A stretch of DNA of 32,000 nucleotides from Candidatus Kuenenia stuttgartensis (GTDB taxonomy: Bacteria; Planctomycetota; Brocadiia; Brocadiales; Brocadiaceae), in NCBI RefSeq assembly GCF_900232105.1, contig NZ_LT934425.1, forward strand, positions 2,760,001-2,792,000, in the 5' to 3' direction. The position numbers and the translations under genes were made by a program. The stretch's first letter is position 1, and every line of letters begins with the position of its first letter. The notes beneath the pieces were generated by a model. It did no database searches. It was not told the origin of the DNA and worked only from the letters and a program-made list of their open reading frames with translations. Below, one piece after another: positions 23,801 through 31,924 of this stretch.

Positions 23801-24168
23801 TATGGAACCGATGGTTTTCTGGGACAGAAGATAAGTCAGGGGCGGTGAGAAAGTCTTTCACAAAGCCTTGATCCCGATGGGTGAATGGTGCGGATGAGAA
23901 CGATACCAAAACAATTGCGAAATACCACGGGCGTAGATAAACGTGAACGGTATAGTCATTTTCGTAAACAGCAGTAAGAGCGATTCCGTACTTGGAGGGG
24001 TATTCAAAACGTGAAAATGTAGATATTTTTGCGACCGGAGATATTTTGTCCTTGACAAAAGCCTTCTAATGAGTGAACCCGCGAATGTAGTTTCCAGCGC
24101 CAGTTTTAAAAGGCTAAAGTGTTACGGCAGAAATGACATTGGGTTGCAAACCCGCCGGGGGAATTCGA

Positions 24169-24411
24169 ATGAAAATAAATCCTGCGTTATTTTTCGTTAT
24201 TGCGCTATTTCTGGTTGGGTGTGGTAATGCTCAAAAATATGATAGGCCTTCCGATCAAGGACCCTATTATCCGGAGCACCATTACTCTCCCTACTACCAC
24301 AGTCCTTACTACCATTATTATTCTCCCTATTATTATAGGCATCATCATTACCGGCGGAGTTGCGGTACATTTACGAACACTATTTACGATAATACCGCAG
24401 CTATTTATTAA
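24169..24411 (+). CDS. Tyr/His-rich mini-lipoprotein (SPYYH repeats), function unknown
   Basis: The ORF is open from 24133, but ATG 24169 follows GGGGGA and gives MKINPALFFVIALFLVGCGNAQ (lipobox LVGC). The mature 63 aa contain 16 Tyr and 7 His: ..GPYYPEHHYSPYYHSPYYHYYSPYYYRHHHYRRSCG... The repeat codons vary synonymously (TAC/TAT, TCT/AGT, CCC/CCT). It lies 33 nt upstream of DsbD. Confidence 0.6.
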   Translation: MKINPALFFVIALFLVGCGNAQKYDRPSDQGPYYPEHHYSPYYHSPYYHYYSPYYYRHHHYRRSCGTFTNTIYDNTAAIY

Positions 24412-24443
24412 CGTTTATAGACTATAACAAGGATGAATATACC

Positions 24444-26270
24444 ATGAAAACAGTTCCCCTCATAAAAAGATGCTCTGCTATTGTCTTTGTTTTAATCATA
24501 TTTCCCCTTATAGCCTTCGGAGAAACCTCTCCGTTTAAATCAGGCGCGACACTTTTAAAAGAACATGTTCCAGCGGGTGAGCTTATCCCTGTTGCAGTTA
24601 ACTTCACAATTGCCCCAAACCACCATATTTACAAGGATCAGGTTAAGATAGAAAGCGGAGATAACACTAGATTCGCGGTGGTTTCCACAGAACTTCCTCC
24701 AGGGGAAATCCGATACGATCAATTTTTTGAGAAAGAAGTAGAAGACTACGTAGGAGAAGTACTGGTAAAGTCATTCCTTCAGGTATCAAAGGATTTACCG
24801 GCCGGTTCGTATAATGTGCAACTCAAGGTACATTATCAGGGATGTTCCGATAAAGTCTGCTTTGCCCCAACGATGGATGAATTTACACTTCCGGTACAGG
24901 TGGAGTTAGCAAAATCGGGCGTTTCTAAAATACAGGAAGAAAAAATCCCGGCCGTTTCAAAACCTGTGGAAAAAGCGGAGGCCACTGGTATCCAAAAGAC
25001 TATCGAGAGCCGTGGAATTTTTGTTTCACTAATTATTATTTTCCTGGCAGGTGTGGGTCTGAGTTTTACTCCGTGCGTGTACCCTATGATACCCATTACC
25101 GTTGCCGTAATTGGCGGACAAGCTGCCGGAGGCCAGGCTACGGCCAGAAGCCCTTTAAGGGCATTTTTCCTCTCACTGATTTATGTCCTGGGCATATCCA
25201 TTGTATACTCAGCAATGGGGGTGGCAGCGGCTTCTACCGGGGCATTGTTTGGTACTGCTCTGCAAAGTCCCTGGGTCATAGGGTTTGTGGTGGCAGTTTT
25301 TGTCGCGCTTGCCATGAGCATGTTTGGGGTATATTACCTGCGGGTGCCATCTTTTATCTCAGATCGGCTTGGAACAAAAACCGGAAAGGGTATTATTGGC
25401 GTTTTTATTATGGGGTTAGTTTCCGGGATTGTTGCTTCGCCATGTATCGGCCCGGCCCTGGCAAGTTTGCTTGTTTACATTGCCAGCACGGGTAATAAAT
25501 TCATGGGGTTCTGGATGTTGTTTGTATTTGCCTGGGGATTGGGCGTGCTTTTGATTGTGTTGGGCACCTTTTCAGGCGCTATAAGGGCCCTCCCGAAATC
25601 GGGAGGCTGGATGGAAACGGTGGAGAGAATCTTCGGTCTCCTTTTAATCGGAGCCGCACTCTATTACCTGAGTTTTATCATCCCGGGAAGCGCCTTCATC
25701 ATCATCCTGAGCGTATTCTTGATTGTTACTGCGGTATTTTCCGGCGGTTTTGACCGGCTGACTCATGAAAGTACTAATTTTCAACGGGCCAAGAGATCCT
25801 TCGGACTTATAGCCTTTATCTTTGGAGCGTACTTTCTTGTGGGACATCTCATGATTAGTGGATTTATTTTGCCTCCCTTCCCGACTACCGTTTCCACTCA
25901 AGCAATCGCACAGGAAAAAATTGATTGGGTTTTAAGTGAGGAAGAAGGACTTAAACAGGCAAAGGACGAGGGTAAGGCGGCAATGATTGATTTCTGGGCG
26001 TCGTGGTGTGCAGCCTGTATGGAGTTTGAAAAACTCACTTATACTGATCCGGAAGTTATCAGGGTATCAAAGAGATTTGTGAATATTAAGATTGATTGTA
26101 CCAATAGTAACGATCCAAAGATTAAACAACTTTGGTATAAGTATGGGATTGTTGGCTTGCCCACCATCGTATTTGTAGGCAGGGATGGAAATGTACTCAG
26201 GGATAAAACTATTACCGGTTTTGTCAATCCCAGGGAATTTCTTAAAGTCATAAAAAATTTGGAACAATAA
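24444..26270 (+). CDS. dsbD: Thiol:disulfide interchange protein DsbD (N-terminal alpha domain, DsbD/CcdA membrane core, C-terminal thioredoxin domain)
   Basis: 608 aa. The alpha domain reads HYQGCSDKVCFAP. The membrane core has the conserved SFTPCVYPMIP and SPCIGP motifs. The C-terminal thioredoxin motif is DFWASWCAAC. Confidence 0.9.
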   Translation: MKTVPLIKRCSAIVFVLIIFPLIAFGETSPFKSGATLLKEHVPAGELIPVAVNFTIAPNHHIYKDQVKIESGDNTRFAVVSTELPPGEIRYDQFFEKEVEDYVGEVLVKSFLQVSKDLPAGSYNVQLKVHYQGCSDKVCFAPTMDEFTLPVQVELAKSGVSKIQEEKIPAVSKPVEKAEATGIQKTIESRGIFVSLIIIFLAGVGLSFTPCVYPMIPITVAVIGGQAAGGQATARSPLRAFFLSLIYVLGISIVYSAMGVAAASTGALFGTALQSPWVIGFVVAVFVALAMSMFGVYYLRVPSFISDRLGTKTGKGIIGVFIMGLVSGIVASPCIGPALASLLVYIASTGNKFMGFWMLFVFAWGLGVLLIVLGTFSGAIRALPKSGGWMETVERIFGLLLIGAALYYLSFIIPGSAFIIILSVFLIVTAVFSGGFDRLTHESTNFQRAKRSFGLIAFIFGAYFLVGHLMISGFILPPFPTTVSTQAIAQEKIDWVLSEEEGLKQAKDEGKAAMIDFWASWCAACMEFEKLTYTDPEVIRVSKRFVNIKIDCTNSNDPKIKQLWYKYGIVGLPTIVFVGRDGNVLRDKTITGFVNPREFLKVIKNLEQ

Positions 26271-26271
26271 A

Positions 26272-26391
26272 ATGAAGCTTAGGAAAAAAATAATTTTACA
26301 ATCTGTAATTACTTGTCCGGATTGTTGATGTCAGAAAGAAGAAACAATGCCTACTGATGCGTGTCAATTGAAAATTGTAAATCAAGACTAA
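26272..26391 (+). pseudogene. Decayed small Cys-rich (zinc-ribbon-like) gene with an in-frame TGA
   Basis: My translation gives MKLRKKIILQSVITCPDC*CQKEETMPTDACQLKIVNQD*, with TGA at 26326-26328. The CPxC-x7-MPTDAC pattern recalls, from memory, a family of small metal-binding proteins ending GDCCVFCSYG. That C-terminal part is absent here. Confidence 0.3.
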
Positions 26392-26668
26392 TATCTTCAA
26401 ATGGTATGAAGGGGATTTTATTCAAAAGGATGAAAAATTGGAAGAGTACATTGCAGGATATTTAAATCCGGAAGATGCAGCATTTATTCGAAATAATAAA
26501 GTAACGATAAAATACCTCGACTACGATTGGGGTTTGAATGAACAGGAATAAGGCGGGATAAAATATCAGGTTTTGAATTGAAGGAATATATCGTCAAAGA
26601 CTGGAAAAGATACAGTCCAAGGAGAAACTTTACAGTCAACAACAAACAAATCCGGAGGAAAAAAAGAA

Positions 26669-27796
26669 ATGAATCCCCTGTTAATGTTGAAAGAATATGG
26701 TCAAAGTGTCTGGTTGGACTACATTCAGCGTGGTCTCATCACGACCGGAGAGTTACGCCGTTTTGTGGAAGAATACGGGTTGGGGGGAGTTACCTCCAAT
26801 CCGGCAATCTTCGAGAAGGCAATCACTGGGAGCGCTGATTATGCGGATATGCTGGATACCCTGCAACAAAAAAAAGATATGGACGCTATGGCAATCTACG
26901 AGTATCTGGCGATACGCGACATTCAGGATGCTGCTGATGTACTGATGCCTGTCTATGAGAAGACTGGCAAACGAGACGGCTATGTCTGCCTGGAGGTCTC
27001 ACCATTTCTGGCCAATGAGACGCAGGGTACTATTGTTGAGGCCAGGCGGCTCTGGAAGGCCGTTGGCCGGCAGAATGTAATGGTCAAGGTACCTGCCACA
27101 TCAGAAGGTATTCCGGCTATCGAACAGCTTATCAGCGAAGGGATCAATGTCAATGTGACGCTGCTCTTTTCCCGGGAAACTTATGAACACGTAACGCAGG
27201 CTTATATCAATGGATTGGAAAAGTTAGCATCCCGCGGCGGTGATGTGAGAACAATCGCCAGTGTGGCCAGCTTCTTTGTTAGCCGCATAGATACACTTTT
27301 AGACTCCATCATTGAGGCCAGAGTTAAAACGTCTGCGCATGCAAACGAACAGGCATTGTTGCAAGGAATCATGGGGAAAGTAGCCATTGCCAACGCCAGG
27401 CTTACCTATCAGCGATATAAAGAGATTTTCCGTGGTGATCGCTGGCAGAAACTTGCCGAAAAAGGGGCACAAACGCAGCGTGTTCTGTGGGCTAGCACAA
27501 GTACCAAGAATCCGAAGTACCGGGACGTGACGTATGTCGAGGAACTCATCGGGCCAGATACGGTAAACACCATGCCATTATCTACAATTGAAGCCTTCCG
27601 GGATCATGGACGTCCCCGTGCGAGTCTTGAAGAAAATATTGTAGCCGCATACGACACGATGAAGACACTTGAGCAGTTAGACATTTCAATGAAAGAATGC
27701 ACCGACAATTTACTCCGGGAGGGGCTACGCCTCTTTGCCGATGCCTTCGGGAAATTGTTAAATGCATTGGATACGAGAGGTATAAAAGGCGCATAG
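26669..27796 (+). CDS. tal: Transaldolase (long form)
   Basis: 375 aa. The RBS is GGAGGA. The N-terminus is MNPLLMLKEYGQSVWLDYIQRGLITTGELRRFVEEYGLGGVTSNPAIFEKAI. The active-site region is NVMVKVPATSEGIPAIEQLISEGINVNVTLLFS. Confidence 0.92.
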   Translation: MNPLLMLKEYGQSVWLDYIQRGLITTGELRRFVEEYGLGGVTSNPAIFEKAITGSADYADMLDTLQQKKDMDAMAIYEYLAIRDIQDAADVLMPVYEKTGKRDGYVCLEVSPFLANETQGTIVEARRLWKAVGRQNVMVKVPATSEGIPAIEQLISEGINVNVTLLFSRETYEHVTQAYINGLEKLASRGGDVRTIASVASFFVSRIDTLLDSIIEARVKTSAHANEQALLQGIMGKVAIANARLTYQRYKEIFRGDRWQKLAEKGAQTQRVLWASTSTKNPKYRDVTYVEELIGPDTVNTMPLSTIEAFRDHGRPRASLEENIVAAYDTMKTLEQLDISMKECTDNLLREGLRLFADAFGKLLNALDTRGIKGA

Positions 27797-27798
27797 CG

Positions 27799-28395
27799 CA
27801 AGGGTCAACCTCCAGGCCCTATACCCTCCCGGATGATCTTCCCGTCAAGGCCAAAACTGCTATCGAAGACTGAAAAATCAATGGGGAAAACCGTGTTTAC
27901 CTGCTATGGGAGGTTGTTGTATGTTTGCATGCCGGGGGTTGCGTAAAAATGTCATTAAGTTAAGGTTACTTGATTAAAAACAACCCCCTTCGCGGGGGAG
28001 TGACGTGTAGTGCCAATTTGGCCCGTTTTTCTCAATGGACTCCGAACGTTCAAAAGTTTGTTGAGTACCTGACCGACCGGGAACACTGCAGGGAATAGTG
28101 CTGCTCACTCCGGTATGCCGGTGCGCTGGTCGTTGACCTACATAGTGTTTTGCTGGAAGGTGGAGTTTATTTCTACCCTGAAGATGCAGGGCACGAAGGC
28201 TGGAAGCTGCGCCTGTTGTATGAATGTGCACCACTTGCATTTCTTGTAGAACAGGCCGTAGGCCTCTCCAGCACCGGCACGCGACGGATTCCTGATATTA
28301 AGGCTGAATCTATTCACCAACGGGCACTACTGGTAATCGGCAGTACCGAAGAAGTGTCACTTTATGAGAAGTTCTTTATGAACGGTAGTCCATAA
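27799..28395 (+). pseudogene. fbp: Class I fructose-1,6-bisphosphatase remnant (about the C-terminal 60 percent) with three in-frame stop codons
   Basis: A single frame is continuous with ORF 28150-28395. It reads ..[113 protein letters not shown]. This matches the Fbp C-terminus ([42 protein letters not shown]..LHQR). Stops are at 27871 (TGA), 27961 (TAA) and 28096 (TAG). Similarity upstream of about 27960 is weak. Confidence 0.8.
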
Positions 28396-28455
28396 TATTA
28401 CGCATCAAAAAATAACAAAGCAAAAATTGATCTTAGGCTTAGAGAGGTATGTAAC

Positions 28456-29010
28456 GTGAGAATAGCGGTAAAAGCAATAAAAAAGTATCCATGGTACTTG
28501 AAACCTTTTTTTTGGAATCAAAAAAGGAAATACGGGCAGGTACTCAATCCAGGGTTGATATGGGCAAGGGTGCCCCGTTTATTTGCAACGGTAGCTCTGT
28601 TGTATAGGGCTTTTGATACAAGGCGTTCTCCCTTAACCCCGGTGTTGCGGTCTTTAGTGACCGTTCGGGTTTCACAAATTAATTGGTGTCATTTTTGTGT
28701 CGATATAAATTCGTTCACTTTAGCAAAGCGATGTGGATCGATGGAAAAAGTCAGAGAGCTGGCAACGTGGAGAGAAAGCACGCTTTTTGATGACCTTGAA
28801 AGGGCGGTTTTAGATTACGCAGAGGCAATAACTTATACTGATCGTCAGGTTACTGATGAGCAATTTGAATCATTGAAAAAACATTTTGATGACGAAGCTG
28901 TTGTGGAGATTACCGGGCTAATCGCGTTTCAGAATATGTCCAGTAAATTCAACAGCGCCCTTGACATACCACCACAAGGTTTTTGTTCACCAACGGGGCG
29001 TCGCTGGTAA
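28456..29010 (+). CDS. Carboxymuconolactone decarboxylase (AhpD-like) family protein
   Basis: 184 aa. GTG start after AGAGAGG. The CMD-family core reads LVTVRVSQINWCHFCVDINSFTLAKRCG with a CxxC. ..AVLDYAEAITYT.. is typical of AhpD-like proteins. The last 8 codons lie in a duplicated fbp-derived segment. Confidence 0.75.
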   Translation: MRIAVKAIKKYPWYLKPFFWNQKRKYGQVLNPGLIWARVPRLFATVALLYRAFDTRRSPLTPVLRSLVTVRVSQINWCHFCVDINSFTLAKRCGSMEKVRELATWRESTLFDDLERAVLDYAEAITYTDRQVTDEQFESLKKHFDDEAVVEITGLIAFQNMSSKFNSALDIPPQGFCSPTGRRW

Positions 29011-29237
29011 TCGGCAGTACCAAAGAAGTGTAACTTTATGAAGAATTCCCGGCAAAAACAAAATCCGGGATGCATTCTTTTATATTCTTGCTCAGAGTAA
29101 CATCTCAATTAATGTATTCAACGCACGGTTGTTGAGTACACGGCTCAATGTTGATTCAGCACCGGGTATAGAATATCTGGAATACCTGACACCAAAAAAC
29201 GGCCGCCCGATGATTAACGAATAAAAAGGAGAAAATT

Positions 29238-31889
29238 ATGAATTCAGAAAAAATGCGCCTTGAAGAAGATAAAAGCGGGGAAAAATCGTGGAAGAAATGG
29301 GGTCCATATGTAACGGAACGCCAGTGGGGAACCGTCAGGGAAGATTATAGTCCTCAGGGTACCGCATGGGAATATGTTTCCCACGATGCCGCACGGAGTA
29401 AGGCATTTCGATGGGGAGAAGAGGGAATCGCCGGTTTTTGTGATGACAGACAAACGATATGCCTTTCCCTTGCCCTCTGGAACGGCCGTGATACAATCCT
29501 GAAAGAACGTTTTTTTGGCCTGACAGGGAACGAAGGGAATCACGGTGAAGACGTGAAAGAATATTATTACTACCTCGATAATACCCCGGTGCATTCTTAT
29601 ATGAAAATGTTGTATAAGTACCCGCAAAAAGAATTCCCCTATACGGAGCTGGTGAATGAAAATCGACGTCGCGGAAGACATAAACCGGAATTTGAACTTA
29701 TTGATACCGGGATATTTGATGAAAATAGGTACTTTGACGTGTTTATCGAGTACGCCAAAGTTTCGCCGGAAGATATCCTGATTCGTTTTACTATTCACAA
29801 TCGGGGACCGGAAGATGCGACCGTATCCATTATACCGCAGTTGTGGTTTCGAAATACCTGGTCATGGGGACTAACAGACTTTAAACCTGAACTGTTTGCG
29901 GTAAATAAAGAAATCATCCGTGTAGAACACGTAGATCTTGGCAGCAGGTGGCTTTATTGTGATGGAGCACCGGAGCTGTTGTTCTGTGAAAATGAGACGA
30001 ATTACCGGCGGTTGTATGGGTTGTCATCTATGGAGGGTTTTTTCAAGGACGGCATTAATGATTATATCGTAAACGGGCATAAGATGGCCATAAATCCTGC
30101 AAAAAAAGGCACCAAAGGAGCGGCACATTACCAGCGCACCATTTCATCAGGTAATGCAACAAGTATTCGTTTAAGATTCTCGGGACATGCCTTGTCCAGC
30201 CCCTTTAAAAAATTTAACAAGATGTTTCAGCAAAGCATTGCGGAAGCGGATGAATTCTACGCGGACCTGCAGTCAGAAATCAAAGAGGAAGATGCAAGGA
30301 ATGTGCAGCGCCAGGCATTTGCCGGCATGCTCTGGTCAAAACAATTTTATTATTTTGATGTGCGCAGATGGTTAACGGGAGACAGCGGGCAGCCCCCACC
30401 GCCTCACGAACGGTTGGATGGACGCAATCATGAATGGGTTCATCTTCACAACGCAGACATTATTTCCATGCCTGATAAATGGGAATTCCCCTGGTATGCC
30501 GCATGGGATCTGGCATTTCATTGTCTGCCACTGGTGTTGGTTGATCCGGAATTTGCCAAAGGGCAGCTTTTACTACTCACCCGCGAATGGTACATGCATC
30601 CCAACGGACAATTGCCAGCCTACGAATGGGCCTTTAGCGATGTGAATCCCCCTGTCCATGCCTGGGCAACGTGGCGTGTCTATAAAATTGATAAAAAAAG
30701 AAATAAGGGGAAAGGGGACATTGATTTCCTGTCACGGGTCTTCCATAAACTTTTGCTCAACTTTACCTGGTGGGTCAACATAAAGGATGAGCATGGTCAT
30801 AACCTATTCCAGGGGGGCTTTCTGGGATTGGACAATATTGGCGTCTTTGACCGAAGTGCGGCATTGCCAACCGGTGGGCATATCGAACAAGCCGATGGAA
30901 CGAGCTGGATGGCTATGTATTGTCTGAATCTCATGCACATTGCCCTTGAATTGTCAATATATAATCCCATCTATCAGGATCTGGCAATCAAGTTTTTCGA
31001 ACACTTCCTCTATATCGCCGCCGCAATGAAAAATCTTGGTAACATTGGCATTAATTTGTGGAATGAGGATGATAAATTTTTTTATGATGTTCTTCATTGC
31101 CCCATAGCAAATCATAGCAAGTGTGATGTCATGCAGTTAAAAGTGCGCTCTATGGTGGGATTAACTCCTCTTTTCGCAGTTGAGACCCTTGAGCCTCACC
31201 TTCTTGAACAGGTCCCGAAGTTTAAGAAGCGGCTCGATTGGTTTCTGGAAAACCGGCCCGACCTGGCAAGTCTGATTTCCCGCTGGACAGAACCCGGTGT
31301 TGGCGAGCGGCGGCTGCTTTCGCTGCTGCGGGGACACCGGATGAAACATCTGCTTAAGCGCATGTTGGATGAAAGTGAGTTTTTGTCTGATTACGGGGTT
31401 CGGGCATTATCCCGTTATCACCTGGAACACCCCTTTGTCTTACATTTTAACGGCAATACATTTTCAGTGTCTTATCAGCCTGCCGAGTCGGACTCAGGTT
31501 TGTTTGGCGGCAATTCCAACTGGCGGGGACCCATTTGGTTTCCCATGAATTTTTTGATTATCGAGTCACTGCAAAAATTCCATCACTATTATGGAGACGA
31601 TTTCAAGATTGAATGCCCGACGGGGTCAGGAAATTTTATGACCATCAATGATGTTGCCAATGAGCTGTCGCGGCGTCTGACCCGAATATTTTTGCAGAAT
31701 AAGGATGGGAATCGTCCTGTATTCGGCTACAGTGAAAAAATTCAAAAAGACCCGCATTTTCGAAATTACCTATTGTTTCATGAGTATTTTCACGGCGATA
31801 CCGGAAGGGGTGCTGGCGCTTCTCATCAAACCGGCTGGACCGGTTTGGTGGCAAAACTGCTGCAACCCAGGGACGTCGGACAACCTTGA
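29238..31889 (+). CDS. GH63-like glucosidase (MGH1-like / mannosyl-oligosaccharide glucosidase-related glycoside hydrolase)
   Basis: 883 aa. The RBS is AAGGAGAA. The N-terminal region is [52 protein letters not shown]. The (alpha/alpha)6 region motifs are [31 protein letters not shown] and [23 protein letters not shown]. Confidence 0.85.
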   Translation: MNSEKMRLEEDKSGEKSWKKWGPYVTERQWGTVREDYSPQGTAWEYVSHDAARSKAFRWGEEGIAGFCDDRQTICLSLALWNGRDTILKERFFGLTGNEGNHGEDVKEYYYYLDNTPVHSYMKMLYKYPQKEFPYTELVNENRRRGRHKPEFELIDTGIFDENRYFDVFIEYAKVSPEDILIRFTIHNRGPEDATVSIIPQLWFRNTWSWGLTDFKPELFAVNKEIIRVEHVDLGSRWLYCDGAPELLFCENETNYRRLYGLSSMEGFFKDGINDYIVNGHKMAINPAKKGTKGAAHYQRTISSGNATSIRLRFSGHALSSPFKKFNKMFQQSIAEADEFYADLQSEIKEEDARNVQRQAFAGMLWSKQFYYFDVRRWLTGDSGQPPPPHERLDGRNHEWVHLHNADIISMPDKWEFPWYAAWDLAFHCLPLVLVDPEFAKGQLLLLTREWYMHPNGQLPAYEWAFSDVNPPVHAWATWRVYKIDKKRNKGKGDIDFLSRVFHKLLLNFTWWVNIKDEHGHNLFQGGFLGLDNIGVFDRSAALPTGGHIEQADGTSWMAMYCLNLMHIALELSIYNPIYQDLAIKFFEHFLYIAAAMKNLGNIGINLWNEDDKFFYDVLHCPIANHSKCDVMQLKVRSMVGLTPLFAVETLEPHLLEQVPKFKKRLDWFLENRPDLASLISRWTEPGVGERRLLSLLRGHRMKHLLKRMLDESEFLSDYGVRALSRYHLEHPFVLHFNGNTFSVSYQPAESDSGLFGGNSNWRGPIWFPMNFLIIESLQKFHHYYGDDFKIECPTGSGNFMTINDVANELSRRLTRIFLQNKDGNRPVFGYSEKIQKDPHFRNYLLFHEYFHGDTGRGAGASHQTGWTGLVAKLLQPRDVGQP

Positions 31890-31924
31890 TTCTATAGGAA
31901 TCAAAAGAAAGGCAGAGGGATTCA

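Larger units (their letters stand above)
22475..24076 (+). mobile_element. IS110-family insertion sequence (about 1.6 kb) with a long 3' non-coding arm (IS1111-like layout), inserted in a REP-like hairpin
   Basis: The flanks ..ACAAACCTGA | ..IS.. | ACCCGCGAATG rejoin to ACAAACCTGAACCCGCGAAT, which is present intact at 7359-7378. There are no terminal inverted repeats, as expected for IS110. The boundary is ambiguous by the shared TGA (22472-22474 and 24074-24076). Confidence 0.8.

Noticed and set aside
23292-23909. 205-aa minus-strand ORF spanning the transposase 3' end and the IS110 non-coding arm
   Set aside because: It is antisense to a well-supported transposase gene, and its sequence is not protein-like (Ser/Pro/Leu-rich). 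The region is better explained as structured RNA.
2737-24080. Whether the recurring GGGTTCAGGTT(T/A)(G/C)(T/A)AACCTGAACCC and CGTTCCCAAGC..GCTTGGGAACG palindromes form a CRISPR array
   Set aside because: The copies are kilobases apart and irregularly spaced, in both orientations and embedded in larger repeat units. There is no repeat-spacer periodicity and there are no cas genes.
24200-24427. 75-aa alternative-frame ORF overlapping the Tyr/His-rich lipoprotein gene
   Set aside because: It has no signal or RBS, and it is the repeat read out of frame (..LPTTTVLTTIIILPIIIGIIITGG..). The lipobox-bearing frame is more plausible.
26326-26328. In-frame TGA in the small CPDC..MPTDAC ORF as a possible selenocysteine codon
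   Set aside because: No SECIS-like hairpin is evident immediately downstream. The ORF is also truncated by a TAA 20 codons later and lacks the family C-terminus, so pseudogene is the simpler explanation.
29075-29224. Possible C-terminal remnant of a VOC/glyoxalase-family gene (..[39 protein letters not shown]), ending 14 nt before the GH63 start
   Set aside because: Only about 45 codons are present, there is no start codon, and recognition rests on one remembered motif (G-I-E-x-L-E-Y..P). That is not enough to call a feature without a BLASTX check.
29244-29798. 184-aa minus-strand ORF at the start of the GH63-like gene, and 4270-4731 (153 aa, plus strand) opposite the beta-helix gene
   Set aside because: They are antisense shadows of long, well-supported ORFs.
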